Shown here piece by piece: positions 50,893-60,535 of a stretch of 64,000 nt of DNA. The DNA is from Alphaproteobacteria bacterium. GTDB taxonomy: Bacteria; Pseudomonadota; Alphaproteobacteria; UBA828. The notes beneath the pieces are model-generated. The model was not told where the DNA came from and ran no database searches. It saw nothing but the letters and a program-made list of their open reading frames with translations. The translations under genes were made by a program, and so were the position numbers. The DNA lies in assembly GCA_963422645.2 (NCBI GenBank), contig CAXXVO010000017.1:224001-288000 (forward strand). The letters are read 5' to 3'. Each line of letters starts with the position of its first letter. The first letter of the stretch is position 1.

Positions 50893-51566
50893 TGACCGGC
50901 CCGGCGATTGCCAGCGCAGACCGCACGGGTGACCGAAGCCTGCGCCCGTGGCGCCGCGTAGGGCTGGGCGCCGGGCTCGTCCTCGCCCTGGCCGGTCCTC
51001 TATGCCTCGCCGGTTGCGCGGACGTCATCCTTAGCGCGGCCACCACGACGGGCCTCGCGGTCGTCGAGGAACGCACGGTCGGCGACGCCGTCAAGGACCT
51101 GACCATCCAGGCGGAGCTCAACCATCTCTTTTTCCAGGACGATCTCGCACTCTACAACGACGTGTCGCTCAGCGTGGTGGAGGGGCGCGTCCTGCTCAAG
51201 GGCAGCGTGCCGACGCATGAGGACCGAATTCGTGCGGGCTGGGTCGCCCGGCAGGCCTCGCGCGCTCAGGAGGTGATCAACGAGCTGCAGGTGACCGGCG
51301 AAGGCGGGATCCTGGATTATGCAAAGGACAGGTGGATATCGTTGCTGCTAGAGACCAAGCTGCTCTTCGATATAGACATCCTGTCGGTCAATTACGACAT
51401 CGCGACCGTCAACGGCACGGTCTACCTCTTGGGGATTGCGCAGGATGAGGGTGAGCTGGAACAGGTCAAGGAGCACGCCCGGAGCGTCGATGGCGTCGAG
51501 CGTGTCGTGAGCCACGTGATCATGAAGGACGACCCCCGCCGCCCGGCACCACCTGATGCCCGGTGA
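50892..51566 (+). CDS. Dual-BON domain lipoprotein, paralog 2
   Basis: Lipobox LAGC; colinear and highly similar to the preceding gene. Confidence 0.87.
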   Translation: MTGPAIASADRTGDRSLRPWRRVGLGAGLVLALAGPLCLAGCADVILSAATTTGLAVVEERTVGDAVKDLTIQAELNHLFFQDDLALYNDVSLSVVEGRVLLKGSVPTHEDRIRAGWVARQASRAQEVINELQVTGEGGILDYAKDRWISLLLETKLLFDIDILSVNYDIATVNGTVYLLGIAQDEGELEQVKEHARSVDGVERVVSHVIMKDDPRRPAPPDAR

Positions 51567-52383
51567 CACGATCGAAGGTGCGCTCCGCGCGGTTGGCACT
51601 CTCGCGGACGAAGAGATCGACCTGGCCGATGCCGCGCTGCTGCTCGGCGCCCTCGACCTGCCGGGCGCGTCGCTCGATGGCTACCGGGCCCATGTCGGCC
51701 GCCTCGGCGACGATGTGGCGGCCCTCGCCCCCACTGGCGAGCCGCTGGAGCGCCGGCGCAGGCACCTCAACGCCGTGCTCTTCGAGGCACACGGCTATGC
51801 CGGCGATACCGAGAGCTACGATGCTCCCGAGAACGCGAATCTGCTCCAGGTCATCGACCGCAGGGTCGGTCTCCCGGTCAGCCTCGGCATCCTCTATATC
51901 CACGCCGCGCGGGCTCAGGGCTGGGCGGTGAACGGGCTGGCTTTCCCCGGTCACTTCCTGGTGCGTATGGACGAAGGCGACCGCCGCGTGATCGTCGATC
52001 CCTTCCACCAGGGCCAGGCGCTGGAGGCCGGCCACCTGCGCGGCCTGCTCAAGCAGTTTCAGGGCGCGGATGCGGAACTCGGTCCAGTCCACTACGCGCC
52101 GGTCGGCAACCGGGCGATCCTTCTCCGGCTTCAAAACAACATCAAGTCTCGGGCGCTGCAGGCGGGCGACGGGGCACGCGCTGCCGCAATCCTGGAGCGG
52201 ATGCTGCTGATCGCGCCGGAGGCCGGCGGCCTCTGGCATGAGCTCGGCGTGGTGCGTAGCAGGCTTGGCACCATCAAGGGTGCGGTCGAAGCGCTGGAGC
52301 GGAGCCTCACCTGCTCGCTGCCTGAGGCCGTGCGGCCGCGTGTCGAGGCGGCGCTTGCGTCTCTTGCGACCAGCTTGCACTAG
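51556..52383 (+). CDS. SirB1/transglutaminase-like protein with TPR C-terminus
   Basis: [25 protein letters not shown] and RLQNNIK motifs. Confidence 0.88.
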   Translation: MPGDTIEGALRAVGTLADEEIDLADAALLLGALDLPGASLDGYRAHVGRLGDDVAALAPTGEPLERRRRHLNAVLFEAHGYAGDTESYDAPENANLLQVIDRRVGLPVSLGILYIHAARAQGWAVNGLAFPGHFLVRMDEGDRRVIVDPFHQGQALEAGHLRGLLKQFQGADAELGPVHYAPVGNRAILLRLQNNIKSRALQAGDGARAAAILERMLLIAPEAGGLWHELGVVRSRLGTIKGAVEALERSLTCSLPEAVRPRVEAALASLATSLH

Positions 52384-52412
52384 GCGGTGAGAGGCGCAAT
52401 GGGGTCCAGGAC

Positions 52413-53360
52413 ATGAGCCTCGCCGTGGCCATTCAGATGGACCCGATCGAGGCCATCGACATCGAGGCCGACAGCACCTTCGTGCTCGCTCTGGAGGCGC
52501 AGGCCAGGGGCCATCGGCTGCACCACTACCTGCCGCAGCATCTTTCATTGACCGCGGCCGGCGCGGTGGCGACGGTGCGACCCCTCGAGGTGCGCCGGAA
52601 GGCCGGTGATCACTTCTCCCTCGACGCGCCGGAGACCGTCGATCTGGCCACCATGGACGTCGTCCTGATGCGCCAGGACCCGCCCTTCGACATGGCCTAC
52701 ATAACGGCCACCCATATCCTGGAGCACATCCAGCCTGAGACGCTGGTCGTCAACGATCCGGCCCAGGTGCGGAACGCGCCGGAGAAGCTCTTCGTCACGC
52801 GTTTCAAGGAGCTGATGCCGCCCACACTGATCACTGCCGAGCGCAAAATGATCGTCGATTTCCGCGCTCAGCACGGCGACATCATCCTCAAGCCCCTCTT
52901 CGGCAACGGCGGTGCAGGCGTGTTCCACGTCGGGCCCGGGGACGAAAACCTCAACGCGCTCATCGAGATGTTCGGCACATACTTTCGCGAGCCGATCATC
53001 GTCCAGGCCTATCTGCCGGCGGTCCGCGACGGTGACAAGCGCATCATCCTGGTGGATGGCGAGCCGGTGGGCGCCGTGAACCGGGTGCCGGCCGCCGGCG
53101 AGGCGCGCGCCAACATGCACGTCGGCGCCCGTCCCGACAAATCCGAGTTAAGCGATCGCGACCGCGAGATCTGCGCGGCGATCGGCCCGGCACTCAGGGA
53201 ACGCGGCCTGATCTTCACCGGGATCGACGTGATCGGCGGCAATCTCACCGAGATCAACGTCACCTCGCCCACCGGTATTCAGGAGATCAACCGCCTCGAC
53301 GGCACCTGCCTCGAAGCCCTGATCTGGGATGCGATCGAGGCCCGGCTCGCTCAGGCGTAG
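52413..53360 (+). CDS. gshB: Glutathione synthetase
   Basis: [22 protein letters not shown] and EINVTSPTG motifs. Confidence 0.97.
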   Translation: MSLAVAIQMDPIEAIDIEADSTFVLALEAQARGHRLHHYLPQHLSLTAAGAVATVRPLEVRRKAGDHFSLDAPETVDLATMDVVLMRQDPPFDMAYITATHILEHIQPETLVVNDPAQVRNAPEKLFVTRFKELMPPTLITAERKMIVDFRAQHGDIILKPLFGNGGAGVFHVGPGDENLNALIEMFGTYFREPIIVQAYLPAVRDGDKRIILVDGEPVGAVNRVPAAGEARANMHVGARPDKSELSDRDREICAAIGPALRERGLIFTGIDVIGGNLTEINVTSPTGIQEINRLDGTCLEALIWDAIEARLAQA

Positions 53361-53392
53361 CCTTGCGTTCAGGCCGCCTCCTGCGCCTCACC

Positions 53393-53788
53393 CTATAAGC
53401 GTTCTCGCTTGGGCGGCCCCGGGTCGCCGATGCTCCAGCCGGCGCCATCCACCGCGATCTCGGTCTCGGCAGCGACGGTGCCCGGATCGAGGCAGAGCAC
53501 GTTGACGCTGTAGCAATCGGGCGCCGAGCGCGGCGAGTAAAAGGACTTCACGCCGCACACCCCGCAGAAGAGGTGCTCGGCAACACGCGTGCCGAAGCGG
53601 TAGCTGGTCAGCGTGTCCGCGCCCGAAAGCAGGGTGAAGCGCGATTTCGGCACCACCAGATGGCGGTAGCCTGACTTCCGGCAGATCGAGCAGTTGCAGT
53701 CGTGCACCTCGATCTCGGCCGGGGCCTCGCAGCTGAAGCGCACCGCGCCGCAGTGGCAGCCGCCCCGGTGGGTGACGAGCGCCGTCAA
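53393..53788 (-). CDS. GFA/CENP-V family protein
   Basis: HRGGCHCGAVRF, CNCSIC and FCGVCG zinc motifs; TTG start inferred. Confidence 0.88.
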   Translation of the reverse strand: MTALVTHRGGCHCGAVRFSCEAPAEIEVHDCNCSICRKSGYRHLVVPKSRFTLLSGADTLTSYRFGTRVAEHLFCGVCGVKSFYSPRSAPDCYSVNVLCLDPGTVAAETEIAVDGAGWSIGDPGPPKRERL

Positions 53789-53905
53789 TGGTCGCGGTTT
53801 GTCGCGCCGGTGGCAGGTACGGAGGGCAACACGCGCATCTCGACCCTCTCTCCTGCGCGTCGCGCAAACGCCCGCCGTGAATTTCAGCGGGCGCGGGCCG
53901 GGGAC

Positions 53906-53980
53906 TGGAGCGGGCGATGGGATTCGAACCCACGACCCCAACCTTGGCAAGGTTGTGCTCTACCCCTGAGCTACGCCCGC
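53906..53980 (-). tRNA. tRNA-Gly(GCC)
   Basis: GCGGGCGTAGCTCAGGGGTAGAGCACAACCTTGCCAAGGTTG...GTTCGAATCCC...CCA. Confidence 0.97.
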
Positions 53981-54361
53981 AAGTGCCCAGCCCCGTGCGC
54001 CGCGATAGTACGCGATCGGCGCATCCGTACAAGCGCAATCCCGGTGACACAATTCGGACCGAAAAGGGTATGCGCGACTCCTGCATCCTGCTCCCCGGGC
54101 AGATGGCGATTGACGCTGGCCTGCGGCAAGGGTAGGAGGGACGCGGGCCGAGGACGCCGCGTCGCACGCGCGTCCCGATTTGGGCCCGACGGCGGGTCAT
54201 TCGTCGGCCGCATTGCGGCCACCTCGCCGGCGAAGGAGCAAATATCCTGCATCGCGTCATCGGTCCGCGACATGCGGCTGGGTGCCACGCCGGCGTCCGT
54301 GCCGTGTTGTCACGCGAAGGCCCGCAGGATGCGGCATGGATGCCGCAATGGAGGAAATTTC

Positions 54362-55807
54362 GTGGAATTGAATGAAGAATTTACGGATCTCGGCTTGAGC
54401 GAGCCGCTGCTCGCCGCCGTTGCCGAGGCCGGCTACGAGACGCCCACGCCGATTCAGCAGAAGGCCATCCCGCTGGTCCTGCGCGGTGTCGACGTGCTGG
54501 GCTGCGCCCAGACCGGCACGGGCAAGACCGCGTCCTACGCGCTGCCGATCATCGACATATTGAGCTCCGGCACGGGCAAGTCGCGCATGCCGCGCTGCCT
54601 GATCCTGGCGCCGACGCGAGAGCTCGCACAGCAGATCGCGGACAACTTCGCAACCTACGGCGCCAAACACAGCCTGCGCCAGGCGCTGCTCATCGGCGGC
54701 GAGGGATTCACGCTTCAGGAAGCCGCGCTCGGCAAGGACCCCGACATACTGATCGCCACGCCCGGCCGCCTGATCGACATGTTCGAGCGGGGCCGGATTA
54801 TGCTGGGCGGCGTCAAGGTGCTGGTGATCGACGAGGCCGATCGCATGCTCGACATGGGCTTCATCCCGGATGTCGAGCGCATCGTCCAGACGCTCCCGCG
54901 CATCCGCCAGACTCTCATGTTCTCCGCCACGCTCGGGCCCGAGATCAAGCGGCTCGGCAAAGAGTTTCTGATCAACCCGAAGGAGGTGAGCGTCGCGCCG
55001 TCGGCCACGGTGGCCGGCACCGTCAGCCACGCGATGATCCTGGTTGACCCTGAAGAGAAGCGCGTTGCGCTGCGTGTCCTGCTCCGCGACGAGGCGGTGC
55101 AGAGCGCGCTGATCTTCTGCAACCGCAAGAGGGACGTCGATATCGTCTGCGCTTCGCTCCAGCGCCACGGCATGGACGCCCGCGCGCTGCACGGCGACAT
55201 GGTGCAGTACCGCCGGACCGAGACGCTGGCGGCATTCAAGGGCGGCGAGGTCAACCTCCTCGTCTGCAGCGACGTGGCCGGGCGCGGCCTCGATATCGAG
55301 GCCGTCTCCCACGTCATCAACTTCGACGTGCCCCACAATCCGGAGGACTACGTTCATCGCATCGGCCGCACCGGCCGGGCTGGCCGCGAAGGCCGGGCGA
55401 TCACCTTGGCCACGCACGAGGAAGCCGAGGCGGTGGACGCCATCGCGGCGCTCGTCAATGCCACGATCCCGCTCACGACCGCCGATGGCGAGCCGGCCGA
55501 GCTCGACTCCGCCCTCCGCGATCGCGGGCGTCCGCGCCGCGGCCGCCGGGGTCGGGATGAGCCCCGCACGACCGAGAAGCGGCCCGCGCGCAGTCGGACG
55601 CGCAGCACGGCGGCCGCCGAGAGCCGGCCCAAACGGGAGAAGAAGCCCGCGGGCACCGCGGAGGCAAGTGAGAGCCAACCTGCCCGCAGGGCGACCGAGA
55701 AGAGCACACCTGCGCGCGGGGACGAGCCAGTTACGGGGCTCGGCGATCACGTGCCAGCGTTCCTCAGCGATCCCTTCCCGGTTCTGCCGCCCGGCGCGGA
55801 GCGCTAG
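54362..55807 (+). CDS. DEAD-box RNA helicase (RhlE-like)
   Basis: Q motif, AQTGTGKT, PTRELA, DEAD, SAT and HRIGRTGRAG; basic disordered tail; SD GGAGG upstream of GTG. Confidence 0.95.
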   Translation: MELNEEFTDLGLSEPLLAAVAEAGYETPTPIQQKAIPLVLRGVDVLGCAQTGTGKTASYALPIIDILSSGTGKSRMPRCLILAPTRELAQQIADNFATYGAKHSLRQALLIGGEGFTLQEAALGKDPDILIATPGRLIDMFERGRIMLGGVKVLVIDEADRMLDMGFIPDVERIVQTLPRIRQTLMFSATLGPEIKRLGKEFLINPKEVSVAPSATVAGTVSHAMILVDPEEKRVALRVLLRDEAVQSALIFCNRKRDVDIVCASLQRHGMDARALHGDMVQYRRTETLAAFKGGEVNLLVCSDVAGRGLDIEAVSHVINFDVPHNPEDYVHRIGRTGRAGREGRAITLATHEEAEAVDAIAALVNATIPLTTADGEPAELDSALRDRGRPRRGRRGRDEPRTTEKRPARSRTRSTAAAESRPKREKKPAGTAEASESQPARRATEKSTPARGDEPVTGLGDHVPAFLSDPFPVLPPGAER

Positions 55808-55951
55808 AGCGCGTCCGACTTAGACGGACGCGCGAGAGGCCGCGACCGCGGCCCGCCGCGAATGCGGCGCCCTCGCGGAGGTGTCGGCCGCAGGCCGGCT
55901 GCCGTGAGCGACAAGACGTAAGAGCGTTTCCGTGTAAAGCGGAAACGCTCT
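55804..55951 (+). repeat. CTAG-anchored intergenic repeat family B, copy 2, plus terminal palindrome
   Basis: Starts at the helicase TAG; homologous to 32936-33012; hairpin AGAGCGTTTCCG-N7-CGGAAACGCTCT at 55921-55951. Confidence 0.75.
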
Positions 55952-56049
55952 CGCCCGCACACCACACCGCAGTCACGGCCGGCGTCGCGTCCCGCGTGTC
56001 TTGCGGAAGCGGACGACGCCAGAGAACTTTGGACTCATCTTTTTTCTGC

Positions 56050-56084
56050 GGGATTCGCCGGGATTGAGCGGGATAAGTGGGATT
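56050..56084 (+). repeat. GGGA(T) direct-repeat array, copy 2
   Basis: GGGAT at 56050, 56060, 56070 and 56079. Confidence 0.7.
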
Positions 56085-56174
56085 CGGTAGAGCGGGTGGC
56101 GGCCGGTGCAGGCGGCAGCCACTCGACCGGGGAGCACCTCCCCGCGTCAGCCGTCGCGCGGCCAAGTACGGCGG

Positions 56175-56708
56175 TTAAAGCTCGTTCTTGTAGAAACGGC
56201 CGTCCTTCATGATGACCGGAATGTGGCGGCCCTGCTCCTGAAGCAGTCCGAGATCGCTGAGGGGGTCACCGTCCACCACCAGGATGTCCGCCAGCGCCCC
56301 CGGCGCGATGGTGCCGAGCTCGCCTGAGCGCTGCGTCAGCGCGGCGTTGATCGAGGTTGCGGAGCGCAGCACGTCCACAGGTGCAAGCACCTCGCTCCGG
56401 ATCAGGAACTCCTGGCTCTGCCGGTCCTGCAAGGGCCCGAGCAGGTCGGTGCCAAAGCCCATGGGCACGCCGGCGGCCTGGCAAACCTCGAGCGAGCGCA
56501 GCCCGTCGTTGCCGAGATCCTGAAGCTTGTCGGCGAATACCTTGCGCAGACCGAACTCGGCGCCTGACTCCAGCATCGCGAATAGCGTAACCAGCGTCGG
56601 CACGACGAAGGCGCCGGCCTCTGCGGCGGCCTCCGCCGCTTCTGCGTCGATCTGGGTGCCGTGCTCGATCGAGCGCACGCCGAGCGCGGCGCAGCGGCGC
56701 ACCGCGCT
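56175..56708 (-). pseudogene. 3' part of a metal-dependent amidohydrolase interrupted by the Mu-like element
   Basis: SAVRRC..GVRSIEHG, FGTD and ADILVVDGDPL; joins in frame with 61248-61948. Confidence 0.92.
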
Positions 56709-56978
56709 TGTAGGGGGACGAAAGTCATTGCGAATCCGGAAGATGCCGGGAAGAAGGCGGAAGAAGGCGGACGGTCAAGGGGTTGGCGGCGTTTCCGGGG
56801 TCTGGCGGGCCGGACGAAAGTCTTTGCGAATCCGGCCCGGAAAGGGCCGTGAATTGGCTGGAAACGGTGATTTTCGGGGCGTTTCAGGGGTGCTGAAAGG
56901 CCTGTAAATCGGGGCGGTTCCGGGGGTGCGGATTCGCCGGTAAATCGGGGTGCGGCGCGGTGCTTCGCCTCGCCCGGT

Positions 56979-57917
56979 CTACGATGCCGGCGTTGTCCCC
57001 GCGCCGGCCTCCTTCCCTTCGAGATCGGTGCGCCGCGGGTCGCGTGCGATCTCTTCATCGGAGAACGGCTTTCGCCCGGGGTTCTCGACCTCCCAGTTTT
57101 CCATCCATGGCAGCGACTGGCATCCGCAGTTGATCGTCTCGGCGGCGGGTCCGGCGGGATCGCGGGGGTACATGAGCGAAGCGCCGCCGACGTCGAAGGG
57201 CCTGGCGGCTTCCCTGGTCTGTCCGTCGACGGCGTCGTGGGCGATGCGGCTTCTGAGCTTTCCGGAGCGTCGCCACTGCTTCCTCAGCCCCGGCAGGATC
57301 CCGGCGGCCTGCTCCATGCGCTGCTGTCCGGCCATGGAGTATGCGCGGCCGAGCTCGGTCCGCACGATTGTCAGGGCGCGGGACCTGCCGCCGGTCTTGA
57401 GGATGGCGGCGACGCGTCCGGTGGTCTCGCCGACGGGGACCGAGCCGGCCATGGCGAGGCCGAGTTCGGTATTGACGCGCTCGGCAAGCGTCGTGGAGAC
57501 GTCCTTCATCCTGTCGGTGAGGAAGGATCGCATGGCGAGGAGCTGGCGGGTGTCGACCTCGGGCAGGACGGCGGCGATGCGGAAGTCGGGGGCATCGAGG
57601 CGCATGGCGGCGTCGACGGGGGCGTCCATGGTATCGATGCCGGCGTCCCAGGCGCGGGTTGCGCCCTCGGCCATGGCCCGCCCGGCGTCTGCGCCGAGGC
57701 TGTCGAGGGCGTCCCGGACGGAGGCCTGGAGGGATGGCAGCGCCCACGCCTGGTAATCGGAGGGCGCGCCGGCGAGGGTGGCCCGGATGTCGCGCTCGGC
57801 GCGCCCGAGGATGCGGCCGACCTCGGCGGCGGTGTCCTTCTGGATGCGGGGCAGGGCGCGGGCGCGGCGGGATCGCTCGCCCTTGAGCCTGCGCTCGCGC
57901 TGACGGTCGGTAGCCAC
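56979..57917 (-). CDS. Phage minor head protein (Mu F / SPP1 gp7 family)
   Basis: RALTIVRTELGRAY, KQW, R.AH..DGQ and MYPRDP..ETINCGC; follows the portal gene. Confidence 0.85.
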   Translation of the reverse strand: MATDRQRERRLKGERSRRARALPRIQKDTAAEVGRILGRAERDIRATLAGAPSDYQAWALPSLQASVRDALDSLGADAGRAMAEGATRAWDAGIDTMDAPVDAAMRLDAPDFRIAAVLPEVDTRQLLAMRSFLTDRMKDVSTTLAERVNTELGLAMAGSVPVGETTGRVAAILKTGGRSRALTIVRTELGRAYSMAGQQRMEQAAGILPGLRKQWRRSGKLRSRIAHDAVDGQTREAARPFDVGGASLMYPRDPAGPAAETINCGCQSLPWMENWEVENPGRKPFSDEEIARDPRRTDLEGKEAGAGTTPAS

Positions 57918-57920
57918 GTG

Positions 57921-59351
57921 CTACGCCTCGCCGTCGTCGTCGTCCTCGTCCTGCGGGGGCTCGCGGAAGGCGTCTTCTTCGGCCCGTCCGGCGGCGTCTT
58001 CGCGCGCCGCCTCGAGTTCGGCGTCGGCGTCGATCTCGACGCCGAGGCGCCCGGCGACGGCGGCGATGACGCGGAGCGCGGTGGCGTCCGAGAGCAGGCC
58101 GCGCTCGATGGCGAGCGCCGCGGCGCCTGCGGTCTGGGCGAGCGCGGCGGCGTGTCGGGAGGCGTCGGCGACCACCATCTCGGGCCATTCGACGGAGACG
58201 GCGAGGGCGGGGTCTGCGGGATCGGGCCATGATGCGCCGGAGGGGTCGAGCCTGCGGGCGATGGCGTAGTCTGCGGCCCGGCGCAGGATCTCGGTCCACA
58301 GCCTCTGGCGCATCTTGAGGGTCTTGAAGGCGGGATCGCCCATCTCTGCGGCGGTTGCGCGGTTGACGTCGCCGCCGCCGCCGAACCAGTGCTCGGGCAT
58401 GCCGGCGCCGCCGAGCAGGTGGTTGCGGAAGAGGCGGGATGTTGCGTCGAGGTCGCGGCCGCCGAGGTCCGGGGCGAGGGGCTGCCAGGTCTCGCTCTCG
58501 TTGTGGACGCGGACGGTTCCGGGCGTGGGCGCCGTGGCCCTTGCGGCGCGCTCCTCGACCTCTTCCTGACTGGCGCCGGTCATGGTGACGTCCCAGACGA
58601 AGGCGCGGAGGAAGTGGGCGCGGTCGATCTCTCCGAAGAGGTGTCGCTCGTATCCGTCGAGCCAGTCGATGGCGGCGAGCAGGTCGGAGCGTCCGCGGGA
58701 TGCGCCGGGCCTGGCGTTGGCGCGGAAGTAGAGGATGTCGCCCGAGGTCATGGTCTCGCGGATGGCGCGGGCGGCGGGCGCGAGGGCGGTCTCGGGTCCG
58801 CCGATGGCGGTGCGGTAGCGCCGGGCTTCGCCCCTGCGGTCCTTCTTCGTCACGATGCCGATGGGGCGGGACGCGTTGTCGGGGTCCATGACCACGGTCT
58901 CGACGGCGTCGGGGTCGAGCCACGCCATGCGGACGTGACCGGAGGCGGGGTCTGCGAAGACGGGCCATGCGGTCTCGCCGGCGAGCGCGAGGTCGCGCAT
59001 GAGCTCGGGGAGGCGGAGCGGCATGTCGGTGACGGGATCGCGCCACCATGCGTCGAGCCATTCCTGGGCGTCCGGATCGGGGACGCGCACGCGCACGCCG
59101 TCGGCGAGGAGGAAGGCGATGGGGAGTTCGACCAGTTGCCGGGCGAGGAGGTTGGTCTCCCAGAGATGGGCGGCGAGCTTCCTCATCCTGCTCTGGGTCA
59201 GCGGCGAGAGGTCGCGGCGTCCGTCTCCGGTGAGCGGGCGCCACTGGTCCTCGTCCCTGTCGATTCCCTTCCCCGCCGCCTCCCGGAGGGCGGTAGCGTG
59301 CGGCGGGGCGCCGCCGAGCATGCGGATGAGGGCGGAGCGGATCACCGCCAC
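57921..59351 (-). CDS. Phage portal protein
   Basis: 476 aa between terminase and minor head genes; GRSDL, PEHWFGGGGDVNRATA and acidic tail. Confidence 0.75.
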   Translation of the reverse strand: MAVIRSALIRMLGGAPPHATALREAAGKGIDRDEDQWRPLTGDGRRDLSPLTQSRMRKLAAHLWETNLLARQLVELPIAFLLADGVRVRVPDPDAQEWLDAWWRDPVTDMPLRLPELMRDLALAGETAWPVFADPASGHVRMAWLDPDAVETVVMDPDNASRPIGIVTKKDRRGEARRYRTAIGGPETALAPAARAIRETMTSGDILYFRANARPGASRGRSDLLAAIDWLDGYERHLFGEIDRAHFLRAFVWDVTMTGASQEEVEERAARATAPTPGTVRVHNESETWQPLAPDLGGRDLDATSRLFRNHLLGGAGMPEHWFGGGGDVNRATAAEMGDPAFKTLKMRQRLWTEILRRAADYAIARRLDPSGASWPDPADPALAVSVEWPEMVVADASRHAAALAQTAGAAALAIERGLLSDATALRVIAAVAGRLGVEIDADAELEAAREDAAGRAEEDAFREPPQDEDDDDGEA

Positions 59352-59675
59352 ATCCCCTCCCCGGGCCGCCCGAACATGGTGAGGGGCTGGCGCCCGGCAA
59401 GGCGGGAGGGTGTGAAGGCGTCGCGGGGATCGCCCTGCGCCCAGGCGCCGGCCGGGGGCGGGCGGCTTTCGGCGGCAGCCGCGCAGGCCAGCGCTGCGGC
59501 CCAGAAGCGGTCGGCATGGCCGTCGGTCTCGCCGTCGGCGGCGAGGCGGGGGCTGCCGGTGGGTCCGACGGTCTTGCGCACGGCGTGCAGGTCGGCGCGG
59601 AGCACCGGGTCGCCGGAGGGCACGCGGATGGTGCGGTCTTCGAAGCGCTCCTTCAGCGCGGTGGCGAGGTCGATA
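59342..59675 (-). pseudogene. C-terminal fragment of a Mu gp28-like terminase large subunit
   Basis: DLATALKERFEDRTIRVP...DLHAVRK...GHADRFWAAALA; ATPase domain missing. Confidence 0.8.
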
Positions 59676-59893
59676 CCTCCGGCAAGCACTACGTCACCTT
59701 CGAGGTCGCCTCGAGCAGGCTATTCTCGTCGCCGAAGCGGTATTTCGACAGAGTCCTATCCACTATTCACTATAAAGGATGGCAGCCGCCGTTCTCCGGC
59801 GCGGTCTACGTCCGCGCTAGATTCACGACCCTGCCGAGGGACGCAGGATCACGAGGCCCCTGGTCGGTCACCTACACCCATCGGGCGTCCTAG
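59676..59893 (+). pseudogene. 3' remnant of a phage gene (possibly tail-fibre C-terminus)
   Basis: Open frame without a credible start ending TAG 59893; VYVRARF..GPWS resembles an FN3-like strand; followed by SD AGGAG. Confidence 0.4.
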
Positions 59894-59907
59894 GAGATTC
59901 GACGGCG

Positions 59908-60531
59908 GTGCCCGGCGTGAGAGACCCCCGCGAATCAACCCCGGTCGAGCCCGGAGAGGGTTCCACCCCCCCCATTCGCGTCGTCCGCGCAGCCATCGGC
60001 CCTCGAGCAATGGCCGAGGTCGAGCGAGCCGTCAACGGGCTCGCGCTCGCGCGCCGGGGCCCCGGCGCGGACGACTGCTACGAGGCATGGCTGCCCGACG
60101 GGATGCTCCCGGCAGACTGCACCGACGCCCTGGACGCCCTCGCCCGCAACTACGCCCGCGAGGTGCTGAACGCACGCGCGGACACGCCCTCGCCCGCCGT
60201 CTGCAACTGTTACTTCGCAGGACAGGCCTGCCTCTGGCACGTCGACCAGTACGCAGGGCGGGGAGTTCCCGACACCCTCGACCGGACCGTCTCCGCAAGC
60301 CTCATCGTCGAACGCGCCGCAGCCGGCGGCGACATGGTCTTCCAGGACCCGGGCCGGAAACGCCGCCCCGTACGGATCGACCCGCCGCCGGGATCGCTCG
60401 TCCTCTTCCCCGCAGACTGGTGGCACAGGGTCGCACCCGCCACCGCCGGCATCCGCCGCTCGCTCGTGCGATGGTGGGCGCAGTCGAACGGAGAGAGGTT
60501 CTCGTCCCTCGCCCGGCCCGACGGAGGATGA
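59908..60531 (+). CDS. 2OG-Fe(II) oxygenase (prolyl hydroxylase/PKHD-like)
   Basis: WHVD (HxD), GGD, GSLVLFP...HRVAP and RRSLV (R-x-S); start uncertain. Confidence 0.85.
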   Translation: MPGVRDPRESTPVEPGEGSTPPIRVVRAAIGPRAMAEVERAVNGLALARRGPGADDCYEAWLPDGMLPADCTDALDALARNYAREVLNARADTPSPAVCNCYFAGQACLWHVDQYAGRGVPDTLDRTVSASLIVERAAAGGDMVFQDPGRKRRPVRIDPPPGSLVLFPADWWHRVAPATAGIRRSLVRWWAQSNGERFSSLARPDGG

Positions 60532-60535
60532 CACG

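Noticed and set aside
56175-56702. Independent 175-aa gene, and a separate 431-aa ORF at 61166-62461
   Set aside because: These are the two halves of one interrupted amidohydrolase; the extra residues are read-through into the element end and upstream overlap.
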